The position numbers were made by a program, and so were the translations under genes. Positions 27,065-36,855 of a DNA stretch of 64,000 bases are shown here, one piece after another (within the stretch, counting starts at the first letter, position 1; every line of letters starts with the position of its first letter). The DNA is from Caldilineaceae bacterium. GTDB lineage: Bacteria > Chloroflexota > Anaerolineae > Caldilineales > Caldilineaceae. The DNA is taken from contig CBDCOU010000003.1 in NCBI GenBank assembly GCA_965219935.1, forward strand, positions 289,632 through 353,631, given 5' to 3'. The notes below the pieces were generated by a model, which did no database searches, was not told where the DNA came from, and saw only the letters and a program-made list of their open reading frames with translations.

Positions 27065-27859
27065 ATGATGCGGAACGGCATTACGGATGCGGCCTGGTCC
27101 AGGTTTAAGGAGCAGGGCTACGTGCGGCTGGGATCGGTGTTGGAACCGGATGAGCTCAGGGCGCTGCAGCAGCGGATCGACGCGATCATGATGGGTACCG
27201 CCGACGTGCCGTACGACCGCATGTTGATGCAGCTGGACTCGGTGCCCGGCGTCTCCGATCAGCCGGGCCCCCAGACCGACGGACACAAGCTGGCCACGCT
27301 CTCCTACCGCAAAATCCAGGATCTCGAGTTTGATCCGGTGTTCCTGCGGTACATGCAGCGCCCCCTGTTCAAACACATCTGTGAACGGGCCTATGGCTTG
27401 GGCACGCCGGTGTCCTCCTACCGCGCGATGTTTATGAACAAACCCGCCCATGAAGGCACCGACTTGGCCTGGCACCAGGATCGCTGGACATCGTTGGACC
27501 GCGACCCATTGATCACGATCTGGACGGCGTTGGATCCGGCTACGGTGGAAAACGGCTGCATGTGGGTTACCCCCGGACGGCACCACACACTGATCAACCC
27601 GTCCGACGGATCCGGGTTTCTTACCGCCGAGCAGGCGGAAGACCTCGCGGAGGAATTCGAGGCCGAACCCCTGACCGTGGAGGCGGGGGAAGCCCTGCTC
27701 CTCCACAACCACCTGCCGCACCGTTCAGGGGTCAACAGTACCGACATCGCCCGCCGGGCCTTCAGTGTCTGCTACATGGAGACCGCTACCGTATCCACCG
27801 AGAGCCGGGACTATCCGGTGCTGTTCGGGCCGGATGCCATGAAGCCGGACGATCTGTAG
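27065..27859 (+). CDS. Phytanoyl-CoA dioxygenase (PhyH) family Fe(II)/2-oxoglutarate oxygenase
   Basis: WHQD (HxD) ... LLLHNHLPHRSGVN ... RRAFSV. The ATG at 27065 is in the frame of ORF 26672..27859. Confidence 0.75.
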   Translation: MMRNGITDAAWSRFKEQGYVRLGSVLEPDELRALQQRIDAIMMGTADVPYDRMLMQLDSVPGVSDQPGPQTDGHKLATLSYRKIQDLEFDPVFLRYMQRPLFKHICERAYGLGTPVSSYRAMFMNKPAHEGTDLAWHQDRWTSLDRDPLITIWTALDPATVENGCMWVTPGRHHTLINPSDGSGFLTAEQAEDLAEEFEAEPLTVEAGEALLLHNHLPHRSGVNSTDIARRAFSVCYMETATVSTESRDYPVLFGPDAMKPDDL

Positions 27860-27923
27860 GACGGGTTCCTTGGGGCTTTATTCGCACGAATGTCCTCGTT
27901 GAAAACTCGGATTGGTTGGAGGA

Positions 27924-28523
27924 ATGATGAGTGCATTGGAAGAAACCACCGCCAAATTTCCCAAGCGCCTAGTGTCCTGTGCCCGCAGATACCTGACCGA
28001 CAACGAGCAAATTCTGGAAATGGCCCAACAAAACGGGCTGGCATGGGGGCAGGCCAAGGATGTGGTTCTGACCACCGAGAACCGGATTCTATTCCTGCGT
28101 CGACATTGGTTCGGGGGCGTAGCCTGCCAAGACATTCAGTGGCAGGACGTAAATAACGTGCATGTCCGTCAGCGCATATTCAGCAGCAACTTCACCTGTC
28201 ACTTGGAAGACGGTGGCAAGATTGTGATGGGTTGCCTGCACCGTAAACAGGCAGCTGGTCTGTACCGTGTATGTCAGCAACGGGAACAAGACTGGCGGGA
28301 ACGGTGTCGAATTAGGGCTATGGAAGAGGACTATGCCAAGTCGGGTGGTTTTCGCATGGAAATGCCATCAATGTCGTCACAGTCCTTGCCGGCCCCCAAT
28401 GGGCCTCCAACTACCGCCAATCCCAGGATACAGCTGGATGAACTGAAACAGCTCTTTGAAGAAGGCTACTTGGATGAAGCTGAGTACCAAGCCAAGCGGG
28501 CTGAAATTATTGAGCGGATGTAA
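27924..28523 (+). CDS. Bacterial PH-domain protein with a C-terminal SHOCT domain
   Basis: The middle has a YokE/bPH-like pattern (ENRILFLRR...IQWQDVNNVHV). The C-terminus ELKQLFEEGYLDEAEYQAKRAEIIERM is SHOCT-like. GC is visibly lower than in the neighbouring genes. The exact start is uncertain (27912, 27924 or 27927). Confidence 0.65.
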   Translation: MMSALEETTAKFPKRLVSCARRYLTDNEQILEMAQQNGLAWGQAKDVVLTTENRILFLRRHWFGGVACQDIQWQDVNNVHVRQRIFSSNFTCHLEDGGKIVMGCLHRKQAAGLYRVCQQREQDWRERCRIRAMEEDYAKSGGFRMEMPSMSSQSLPAPNGPPTTANPRIQLDELKQLFEEGYLDEAEYQAKRAEIIERM

Positions 28524-28550
28524 TCCGTCGGGGTCATCAGAACCGCAGAG

Positions 28551-28573
28551 CCCCCGCGATCGCGGGGGTTTTA
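28551..28573 (+). terminator. Intrinsic terminator
   Basis: Perfect 18-nt palindrome CCCCCGCGATCGCGGGGG followed by TTTTA. Confidence 0.7.
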
Positions 28574-28599
28574 ATCTTGAGGGACAACTCGAGGTCGTA

Positions 28600-28710
28600 T
28601 CAGAGGCGACGGCGCACTGCCAGCATGCCGCTGATGAGCAACAGTCCGGAAGTAACAAGGGAACTGGCCAGCACAATATTGCACTTTAGGCGTGTTCCTG
28701 TGTTTGATAG
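28600..28710 (-). pseudogene. Orphan copy of a C-terminal TM-anchor/RRRL tail (remnant or 37-aa mini-ORF)
   Basis: Encodes (M)LSNTGTRLKCNIVLASSLVTSGLLLISGMLAVRRRL*. The first 50 nt or so are nearly identical to the 3' end of the 32308..33582 gene. Confidence 0.45.
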
Positions 28711-28742
28711 CATTGCCGAAACACTGACAGCAGGAGACTGGC

Positions 28743-30290
28743 ATGGGCAAGGAGACGAGGGTTGTAATCGTTGGCGGGGGGCACAACGGCCTGGTTGCCG
28801 CAGGTTACCTGGGAAGGGTTGGGCTAAACGTCCAGGTATTGGAGCGTAGGGACATCGTTGGTGGCGCCGTGGTGACTGAGGAGTGGTTTCCGGGCTACAG
28901 GATCTCCACCTGTTCCTACATCTGCCACATCCTCCAAAAGAAGGTGATCGACGACTTGGAGTTGCGCAAGCACGGCTTTCACATCTATCCCATTGACCCG
29001 TCGCGCGTCCACCCCTTCCCAAACGGAAAAGTACTGACTCTCTGGCACGATGACGCAAGAACCGCCGAGGAACTCCGGAATCTGTCGCCGGAGGACGCCG
29101 ATGCCTGGCCCGAATGGGCCGACTTTTGGCACCGTGCCGTTCGGATACTCAGCGACTACTACCTCGGCCCTCCTCCTTCGCTCGCCCAGCTTACCGAGAG
29201 GTTCCGTCAGGAGGGTGAGGAAGAGCTCCTGGAGACGCTGCTGACCGTCCCACTAAGGGACCTGATTGACCGCTACTTCATATCGGACGAAGTCAAGGCA
29301 GCGGTAAGCACGGGGTCGGTCGACATGGGAGACATAAGCGCCCCCGGCAGCGCTTACATCACCGCACTCTATCGTTTCAGCGCCTTCCGGCCAGACACTG
29401 AGAATTACGGAATCGTACGTGGCGGCATGGGTTCCATCACCCAAGCGCTGGCCCGTTCCGCAGAGGCGTCGGGCGTGTCCATCAGGACGGGCGCGGCAGT
29501 GAGGCGCGTCCTGACGAACGGCGGCAGGGCCACCGGCGTCGTGCTCGAAGACGGTGAGGTAATCGAAGCCGACGTTGTCCTGTCGAACGCCGACCCGAAG
29601 CGGACCTTCCTCAAGCTCCTGAGTGAGACAGACATGGATGGGGAGTTCATCAATGAGGTGAAAGCGCTTAAGACGCGGGTGGCCTCCGGTAAGTTTCTGT
29701 GCGCCCTGAAGGAACTTCCCGACTTGTCCGGCCACCTTGGTCCCGGGTACAACCCGGAGCACTTGGCGATGATTGCTCTTTGCCCCACGGTTGACCAGTG
29801 TGAGAGCACCTGGAACGATGCCAGGAACGGTCGGGTGCCCGACACGCCGATCATCCATCTCCAAATCCCTACCGTGTACGACAAGACGGTCGCCCCGGAG
29901 GGCTGCCACGTGCTGTCGCTGTGGGTCTACTTCCTGCCGCCCCACGTTCGGGACGGCTCGTGGGGTGAGATGCGCCAGCAGTTCGGGGAGCGCCTCATCG
30001 ACGAGGTGTCCAGGTATGCCCCGAATTTCAGGGACGCGATCATCGACTGGGTCCTGCTGACTCCGGAGGACATTGAGGAGCGCGTCGGCCTGACGGACGG
30101 CAACATCAGGCATCTTGACATGATCCCGCAGCAGATGATGTCACGCCGTCCGCTGCCGGGATGGTCCGACTACCGGACGCCGGTCGAAGGCTTATACCTG
30201 TGCGGAGCCGGGACGCATCCCGGCGGCGAGGTTACGGGTGCGCCAGGACACAACGCGGCCCACGTCGTACTGCGGGATCTGGACCGCTGA
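28743..30290 (+). CDS. Phytoene-desaturase-family NAD(P)/FAD-dependent oxidoreductase (CrtI-like, COG1233)
   Basis: N-terminal dinucleotide fold VVIVGGGHNGLVAAGYL...ERRDIVGG and C-terminal LYLCGAGTHPGGEVTGAPG. An AGGAG RBS is present. Confidence 0.8.
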   Translation: MGKETRVVIVGGGHNGLVAAGYLGRVGLNVQVLERRDIVGGAVVTEEWFPGYRISTCSYICHILQKKVIDDLELRKHGFHIYPIDPSRVHPFPNGKVLTLWHDDARTAEELRNLSPEDADAWPEWADFWHRAVRILSDYYLGPPPSLAQLTERFRQEGEEELLETLLTVPLRDLIDRYFISDEVKAAVSTGSVDMGDISAPGSAYITALYRFSAFRPDTENYGIVRGGMGSITQALARSAEASGVSIRTGAAVRRVLTNGGRATGVVLEDGEVIEADVVLSNADPKRTFLKLLSETDMDGEFINEVKALKTRVASGKFLCALKELPDLSGHLGPGYNPEHLAMIALCPTVDQCESTWNDARNGRVPDTPIIHLQIPTVYDKTVAPEGCHVLSLWVYFLPPHVRDGSWGEMRQQFGERLIDEVSRYAPNFRDAIIDWVLLTPEDIEERVGLTDGNIRHLDMIPQQMMSRRPLPGWSDYRTPVEGLYLCGAGTHPGGEVTGAPGHNAAHVVLRDLDR

Positions 30291-30726
30291 ACATACGCAG
30301 CGTCTGGCGGCCCGACAAGGAAGAGGTCGGCGGCGAGCAAGACGCTGTCACCCCCTGCTGCCCTGCCTATTGGCTTGGCTCAGGTCACCCACGCTGCCGC
30401 TGGCCCTCTGCCCATACAGGGATTTCCGGCTGAGTTTCCAAGGTGCAGTCGCTGGTCTCGGTCCGCGGACGATAGGTCGTGCTCACGGGCGGTGTTGACC
30501 CGAGGCTGGGGCAGCGTTTGGGTAAGCGATGTGCGGCTTGATGCTGGATCAGCGCAAGGTGGACGGCCGGGCCCACGCGATTTACCTTCCCGTCATGCCG
30601 AACGCATCATCAAACTCGGAGATGGTGCGTGAAAACGGCTCAAAACTGTCCGAACCATAGACCCAAAGAACCTTCACGCAATGCATCCCGCTTTACTGCG
30701 GGCATGCCCTTTCGGTCGTGGCGAGT

Positions 30727-31629
30727 CTAGGTCCGTCGGTAGTCGTCCTTGGTGAAGGTCCAAGGGTCGAAGCCACCCATACGTCCGCAGTGGTTCAACA
30801 TGGCCTCCACGTCCGCCGTCACAGCCTGCACCATGGTTTCCGGGTCCTGTTCCAGGTCCGGGTTGCCGTAGGCCTCGGGCCCGGCAAAGTCCGAGAGGCC
30901 CTCAAGGTCGGCGGTCAGGGTTGGACGGGGCACCAGGTTGCGGACATACTGGTGCAGGGATTCCAGGGTGTGAGTATGTGGAAAGGCGCGCCCGTGGGCC
31001 GCGCTCACGGCCTTGCAGGCGTGTTCAAGGGCGTGCTGGGCCTTCTCACCCATTTCGCTTTCCCATGCGGCGGGTTCGGGAAATGCTTCGGAACCCGCCT
31101 GAAAGATCAGCCGCATGGCCAGCAGGTTGCGCCGGGCGGTCCAGGCCCGTTCCATGGCTTCCCTGCTGCGGTGCTCGTCGGAGGGATTCGGAGCCTGTTC
31201 GCCACCGGTCGGAGGCCGGTATCTGAAACCCCTAGTGGTGACACCGTCCCGGGCGGCTTGAGCGGCCACGTGGTTGAGGCCATGCTGCATGAATTCAAAA
31301 AAGTCGGAAGCCAGGATGGTCACGTCCACACCCGGTCCCCAATTCCCGTAGCCACGGCGCACGGCCCTGTCGGCGACCTCCTCGATGGCTTCGGGGCGCT
31401 TCCGGTCGGCCGGCACGACCACCAGCAGGTCAATATCGGAGTGCGGGAGGTGATCGCCGCGCGCTCGTGAACCGAATAGCAGCACCCGTTCCACGCCCTG
31501 GATTTCGGCCACGGCCTGCGCCACGGTCCGCGCTCGGGGATCGTGGGCGGTGTCGAGTATGCGGGGTGACTTCTCGTCAAGTCCGCGCTCCACATCCGAA
31601 ACAGGACTTGGCAGCATCCGGTACAACAT
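30727..31629 (-). CDS. Fused minimal nucleotidyltransferase (MNT) - HEPN domain protein
   Basis: The N-terminal LLFGSRARGDHLPHSDIDLLVVV is the Pol-beta NTase GS...DxD motif. The C-terminal helical half has a HEPN-like AQHALEHACKAVSAAHGRAFPHTHTLESL. Confidence 0.7.
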   Translation of the reverse strand: MLYRMLPSPVSDVERGLDEKSPRILDTAHDPRARTVAQAVAEIQGVERVLLFGSRARGDHLPHSDIDLLVVVPADRKRPEAIEEVADRAVRRGYGNWGPGVDVTILASDFFEFMQHGLNHVAAQAARDGVTTRGFRYRPPTGGEQAPNPSDEHRSREAMERAWTARRNLLAMRLIFQAGSEAFPEPAAWESEMGEKAQHALEHACKAVSAAHGRAFPHTHTLESLHQYVRNLVPRPTLTADLEGLSDFAGPEAYGNPDLEQDPETMVQAVTADVEAMLNHCGRMGGFDPWTFTKDDYRRT

Positions 31630-31970
31630 GACAGCAGGATGACCTTGCGGTTGCTGAATGATCCGATTGTACAGGATTGGATTCGGTCAGATGGTTCCGA
31701 TTCTCGCCCCATGTTCGCTTGAGAATTGATGATGGCCCATGCCTTCGTACCCCGACAACCGACCGTGGCATACTTATCCAAGTACCCCTGCCAAGGGGGA
31801 TGCGGGGTTTCGCAAGGGATAGACAAATACGCATTGGGCCGATGGCGGATGCCTTGGAATGACGAAAGCCCCGGCGCGATGACAGCCGAGGCTTGCTTGG
31901 TCATGTGGGGAGGCGCGGCCCCGGCCGACAGGAGGTGGATCCCGTGGCCCGTTCGATTGTACAGCCGGAA

Positions 31971-32210
31971 ATGATCAACCGGACCGCCTACCGCGACCTG
32001 CAGGACGCAGGCATGGACGCGTCCCAGGCGGAGGCGGTGGCCGTCCACTTGCCGGACTGGTCGCAATTTGCGACCAAGCAGGACTTGGCGACTTTGCGGA
32101 GCGAGATGAAGGATCTGCAGGCAACGCTGATTCGCTGGATGGTGGGCCTGTTTTTGACGTTCACTGCGGTTTTGGGTGCCCTGCTGACATCAAGCAATCT
32201 GCTGGGCTGA
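31971..32210 (+). CDS. DUF1640-like small coiled-coil protein with a C-terminal TM helix
   Basis: ATKQDLATLRSEMKDLQATLIRWMVGLFLTFTAVLGALL resembles DUF1640 proteins. The ATG at 31971 lies within ORF 31893..32210. Confidence 0.5.
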   Translation: MINRTAYRDLQDAGMDASQAEAVAVHLPDWSQFATKQDLATLRSEMKDLQATLIRWMVGLFLTFTAVLGALLTSSNLLG

Positions 32211-32307
32211 CAGGCCGAAACTGCTGCGCAGTGTGCCTGGGCGGGCTTGGTCGTGGCCGCCGTGCTCATCGCCGAGATGTTCCAGCAGCGCATTCCTCCG
32301 GGGAGCA

Positions 32308-33582
32308 TCAGAGGCGACGGCGCAACGCCAGCATGCCGCTGATGACCAACAGCCCGGCCATCACCAGCGCACTGGCCAGTACGATGCCCATCGCCAAGGA
32401 TAGGATGGTGCTGTCCTGTGTGGTGCCTTGACTCAGTGTCCACTCGTACCAGCCCCAGCCCTTGGTCTGCTCGAACTCCAAGCGATAGGTACCCGGATCC
32501 AAACCGGTCAGCGGAAACTCCTGGTAGAAGTACTCCTGGTCGTTGCGCCGGGTGAACGACCAGTCCGTCACGGGCTCCAAGGCTGCAGCGTCCGACGAGG
32601 CCGCGGTCAGTCGGACCGTGACGTTACCCTCACCGTTGACGTTGACAATCCTGATCTTCCGGGCATCGGGGTCGAGAACCAGCGTATCGCTTCTAATCGG
32701 ATCGACGCGCGTCAGGACAAAGGCACCGTGTTCCAGACGCAGGGTCGACTCCTTGTATTGCGAGTTCAGCAACAGTACGGCGACGGACAGCAACACAAAC
32801 AGAACCGAGGCTCCAATTAGAAATGGCCGGGACAGGAGTAGCGACCTATAGGGATCCGTGGCTTTGGCACCGCCCGACTGTGCCTGCCTGCCGAAAGGTG
32901 TTCCCGTTTCTTGCCATGGTTGGTTCAAGTTCGGCAGTGCCGAAGGCATGGGCATGTTTGGCGTTGGCAAGCGCGGTCGCCGTTGCACCAGTCGTTCAAA
33001 CCACCAGCGCCAAGCCATCCAAATCGGTGCTGCCACCAGCAGGCTGAACACCAGCATCACGGAGATGTCGGTGCCGATGGACCGCATGAGCACGTCGCGC
33101 CAGCGGAATAGTTCCGGGGACTCGGCAATCCAAATCTGTATTTGGTTGCGCTGAAGCATCATCCAGACGGTGGCCGTTGCCCCGATGACGGCAGCCATGA
33201 CCCCGAAACTGACAAACCAGCGCCGGGTTTCCTTGAGTGAGCCGCTCAGGAACCAGCCGGTGGCGGCGACAATGCCCAGGACGGCGAAGACGATGAACGC
33301 CGGCCAAGCCGCAACCAGGCCGTTGACCGCGTTGCTGAATGTTCCGCCCAGGCTTTCCAGGACCAGCTCACTGGTGGTCTTGTCCGTCAGGGCTCCAAGT
33401 TCGGATCCGGCTCGTGCCATTGTGTTGGCCAAGCCGTAGAACACCCCCACGACGGCAAAACCAAGGTAGAGGATTCCAATCACAGAAGCCAGGGCCAGGA
33501 CGTTGGAGGCTGCACCGAGTACCGCGGACCTGCCCAGTGTCTTGATGTTTACCGAGTGTTGCAACGGATGCCCTTGACCCAA
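32308..33582 (-). CDS. Polytopic membrane protein with an extracytoplasmic beta-rich domain and a C-terminal TM anchor ending RRRL
   Basis: 424-aa ORF with a TTG start. It has several N-terminal TM helices and the tail AMGIVLASALVMAGLLVISGMLALRRRL. Confidence 0.6.
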   Translation of the reverse strand: MGQGHPLQHSVNIKTLGRSAVLGAASNVLALASVIGILYLGFAVVGVFYGLANTMARAGSELGALTDKTTSELVLESLGGTFSNAVNGLVAAWPAFIVFAVLGIVAATGWFLSGSLKETRRWFVSFGVMAAVIGATATVWMMLQRNQIQIWIAESPELFRWRDVLMRSIGTDISVMLVFSLLVAAPIWMAWRWWFERLVQRRPRLPTPNMPMPSALPNLNQPWQETGTPFGRQAQSGGAKATDPYRSLLLSRPFLIGASVLFVLLSVAVLLLNSQYKESTLRLEHGAFVLTRVDPIRSDTLVLDPDARKIRIVNVNGEGNVTVRLTAASSDAAALEPVTDWSFTRRNDQEYFYQEFPLTGLDPGTYRLEFEQTKGWGWYEWTLSQGTTQDSTILSLAMGIVLASALVMAGLLVISGMLALRRRL

Positions 33583-33799
33583 CGCAGTTCAGCCAGTTCG
33601 CATGGATTGTACTGGGAAATCGGCACATCCGGGGCGAATCGCGTTATGTAGATCTTGCCGCCCGCCCAGAAACAGCGTCGGTCGTTCAGCACCGCGAATG
33701 GAGGCTTGTACCGGTGCCCGGCTCCAATACCTGCGGTACTGTTGCAGTCTCATAGATAATGAATCGTACCGGGCACCTCACATTAGGAGCATGCACGTC

Positions 33800-35020
33800 A
33801 TGACCACTGACACGGTTGTACGGGAACAAGCACCCCCCTCCGACAGGGACCGGGTTCCCGAACCCGCTCCGGTGCCGCGCTGGACCCACCGGGATTGGCG
33901 CGTGCCGCCGGGGCACGGCGACACCACGCCGGATGCGGCGCAGACGGCACGCCGCCGCCGCGTCATCCACCGCATCCTCCACCCCGACCAGTGGCGCGCC
34001 CACCTGGAGGCCCTGCCGCACTACGATCCCGAGTACGTCTACGACGAGGGGCACGAGTACGAGGACGACTGGACCACCGACCCCGACTACTGTTGGGACG
34101 GAAACCATCTCCATTGGCGCATATTCGACGAAGAAGGTTTCCTGATGCCCATCCCTCGCGACCATGCCTATCTGATCGGCAATGTGCAGGAGGCCCTGTG
34201 CGGAGCCTTGGACACGGACCGCGACACGGTTCTCAACGAGCCCGACTACCACTTCCCGGAGGAACTGGGCCGGGTTGCGGGGTTGCGCACCGAGAGTGGC
34301 GCCATCCAAATCAAGGTGCAGCCGGATTTGGTCGTATTGCCGCCGGGTTGGCATGACGGACGGCTCCCCAAGTCCCGCGTGTTGCGCGTGGATGCCGACC
34401 ATCCCGTGCCGACATTGGTCGTGGAAGTGGTTTCGGCCAGCACCGCGGGCCGGGACCGGGAGGGCAAACGGGCCCTGTACGAAGCTTTGGGTGTGCGTGA
34501 GTACCTGTTGCTCGACCCCGGTGGGGAAGACCAATCCCGTCCGCCCGGACTGGTTCTGTATCGCCTGCAGGATGGGGTCTATGCCCACATCCCGGGCGGG
34601 GATCCGGGCCCGTCGGCGGGGGACGACGGGCTGGTTTTGATGCCGGTGTTCAGCGAGGTCTGCGATACGGCCCTGCGCCTGGTCCGACCGGCGTCGGATG
34701 CCCGTCTTGTATGCCAATGGCGGGATCCGGGAACGGGGCACTGGCGCGACCACGACACCGATCAGGCGACTGCCTTGCTCGAAAGCCGCGTCGAGGGTCG
34801 TGCTGAGGGTCGCGTTGAGGCGCTATTGCAGTTGTTGGAGCGAATCCTGCCTGAGGCCGCGTATCCCGGGGCAGCGGCGCAGATAGCACAGCACTGGTCG
34901 GCACACGGCCTGCCGGCGGATGCCGAGGCACGCGTGTTGGCGGCTGCGGCGGAGCCCAACCGCTGGCGGGACCACCTCCGCGTACCCGCGGACACCGACC
35001 GCACCCCGCCGTCCCGGTAA
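33800..35020 (+). CDS. Uma2 (DUF820) family putative endonuclease, paralogue of 18777..20036
   Basis: VQPDLVVLP...PTLVVEVVSASTAGRDREGKRALYEALGVREYLLLD. The ATG at 33800 lies 10 nt after AGGAG, within ORF 33602..35020. Confidence 0.75.
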   Translation: MTTDTVVREQAPPSDRDRVPEPAPVPRWTHRDWRVPPGHGDTTPDAAQTARRRRVIHRILHPDQWRAHLEALPHYDPEYVYDEGHEYEDDWTTDPDYCWDGNHLHWRIFDEEGFLMPIPRDHAYLIGNVQEALCGALDTDRDTVLNEPDYHFPEELGRVAGLRTESGAIQIKVQPDLVVLPPGWHDGRLPKSRVLRVDADHPVPTLVVEVVSASTAGRDREGKRALYEALGVREYLLLDPGGEDQSRPPGLVLYRLQDGVYAHIPGGDPGPSAGDDGLVLMPVFSEVCDTALRLVRPASDARLVCQWRDPGTGHWRDHDTDQATALLESRVEGRAEGRVEALLQLLERILPEAAYPGAAAQIAQHWSAHGLPADAEARVLAAAAEPNRWRDHLRVPADTDRTPPSR

Positions 35021-35511
35021 CCCTGGGCTCACAACCTCCAAGGGTTGCTGATATTCCGGGATCAGCCCGTTAACCTCAGTGCTCCAAGACTGACCACGGA
35101 GTGGGATGGAGGCGCGTATTCCGACGAATACGAAACCTATTCCCTTGATGATGTGTTGACCGGCTGGTGATCCCGTTTTGTCACGTGTACGCGTGGATCA
35201 GCGCACAACGGCCTCCTCGGGTTGATCACCTCGGCCGGAGGATTGATCTCGTGACAGTCTGTGTGCCAGTCTCGACAACCTGCGCCTGACCCGTCCCGAA
35301 ACGTCTTCATTACTTGCATTACTGCTCCGAATCGCAATCTCGATTGCGAATGTCGCCGAATCCGCGTCCTACCTCCATTGCGACTGTTGCCTGCAGACCA
35401 GCCAAAGCATACCGAGGACGGGCTGTTTGCCACAGGCTGCATGATTGATGTTGGCAACTTTGCAGATCACTGTTGCCGTTCTGATACTTGTTGGAAGGAG
35501 CAAACCAGGTC

Positions 35512-36624
35512 ATGGGAGACGCAATCAAGGTCGGCATCGTCGGCTTCCTGGGCAGGGGCGGCAGCCTGGCGGCCGCTGTAGATGTACATCCCCATGCCCG
35601 GGTTCAAGCAGTGTGCGACATCGATGGGGAGAGGTTGGCCCCGGCTGCGGCCTCCATTGGTGCCGAGCCCTACATGGACTACGATCGGATGTTGGGCGAA
35701 GCGGACCTGGATGCCGTGATCCTGGGTACCCCGATGCAACTGCACGCGTCCCAGGCAGTGAAGGCCTTGGACCGCAATATCCATGTGCTCAGCGAGGTGG
35801 TGGCTGCAGTCTCCGTCAAAGAGTGCCGGGAACTGGTGGCGGCCCAGGCAAGGTCCTCGGCCACCTACATGCTCTCGGAAAACTACTGCTACACCAAAGC
35901 CAACATGCTGATCGAGGCATTGGTCGCGCAGGGCCTGTTTGGGACGGTCTACTATGCGGAGGGAGAGTACCTGCATGACCTGAAAGACCTCAACGAAATC
36001 ACGAGGTGGCGACGTCGTTGGCAGACTGGAGTCGACGGCATTACCTACGGTACGCACAGTCTGGGTCCCATTCTGCGGTGGATGCCCGGTGACCGGGTGG
36101 CGAGTGTGTGTTGCCGGGGGAGTGGACACCATTACCGGGATCCGAGGGGCGATCCCTACGAAAATCAGGATACGTGCGTCATGCTGGCCAAGACCAGGCA
36201 GGGAGCCCTGATCAAGATTCGCGTGGACATGGTGTCAACCCGGCCGCACGCCATGCACAACTTCCAGCTGCAGGGGACGGAAGGCGCATATGAATCGGCG
36301 CGTGTGGATTCGGAGGTCAACCGGGTTTGGCTATCGGCGTTGGATGGCGGAAACAGGGAGTGGATGGACTTGCGGGAACTCGAAGGGAGATTCCTGCCTG
36401 ATGTGTGGCGTCAGGCCTCTTCGGAAGCCGTGAAGTCCGGACACGGAGGGGGAGACCACTTCGTACTGGAGGACTTCATCGCGGTCGTCCGCGGGGAAAG
36501 GCAATGCCGCATTGACATCCACACAGCCATGGACATGACGTTGCCCGGCCTGATCAGTCAGGAGTCGATTGTCCGGGACGGCATTTGGCTTGAGGTTCCG
36601 GATTCCCGAACCTGGCAGAACTGA
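35512..36624 (+). CDS. Gfo/Idh/MocA family oxidoreductase
   Basis: IKVGIVGFLGRGGS Rossmann start. GGAAGGAG lies 11 nt upstream of the ATG at 35512. Confidence 0.8.
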   Translation: MGDAIKVGIVGFLGRGGSLAAAVDVHPHARVQAVCDIDGERLAPAAASIGAEPYMDYDRMLGEADLDAVILGTPMQLHASQAVKALDRNIHVLSEVVAAVSVKECRELVAAQARSSATYMLSENYCYTKANMLIEALVAQGLFGTVYYAEGEYLHDLKDLNEITRWRRRWQTGVDGITYGTHSLGPILRWMPGDRVASVCCRGSGHHYRDPRGDPYENQDTCVMLAKTRQGALIKIRVDMVSTRPHAMHNFQLQGTEGAYESARVDSEVNRVWLSALDGGNREWMDLRELEGRFLPDVWRQASSEAVKSGHGGGDHFVLEDFIAVVRGERQCRIDIHTAMDMTLPGLISQESIVRDGIWLEVPDSRTWQN

Positions 36625-36855
36625 ATGGGGCAGGGAAGGGGTGGGGGCGAACCGAAGGTGCTCGTGTTCGGTTCCCATGGACGGGTTCCCCACCTTCCAG
36701 GCGGCTGGTATAGCGCGAGGCAGGATTCGGGCGGGGCCAACCAATGTGAGCTCGGGCTCATCGTTCCAAGTGGCAAGTGGACCCGGGAGACAACGCGGAG
36801 CTCCCGTGGTAGGAAACAGAGTGGTTGGCGGAACCGGGATCGGAGCCTTCAGACC

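Noticed and set aside
30600-30705. 34-aa minus-strand ORF (MHCVKVLWVYGSDSFEPFSRTISEFDDAFGMTGR) downstream of the MNT-HEPN gene
   Set aside because: It looks like a C-terminal shard of a lost gene. It is preceded immediately by a stop codon, has no RBS, and is too short to support a call.
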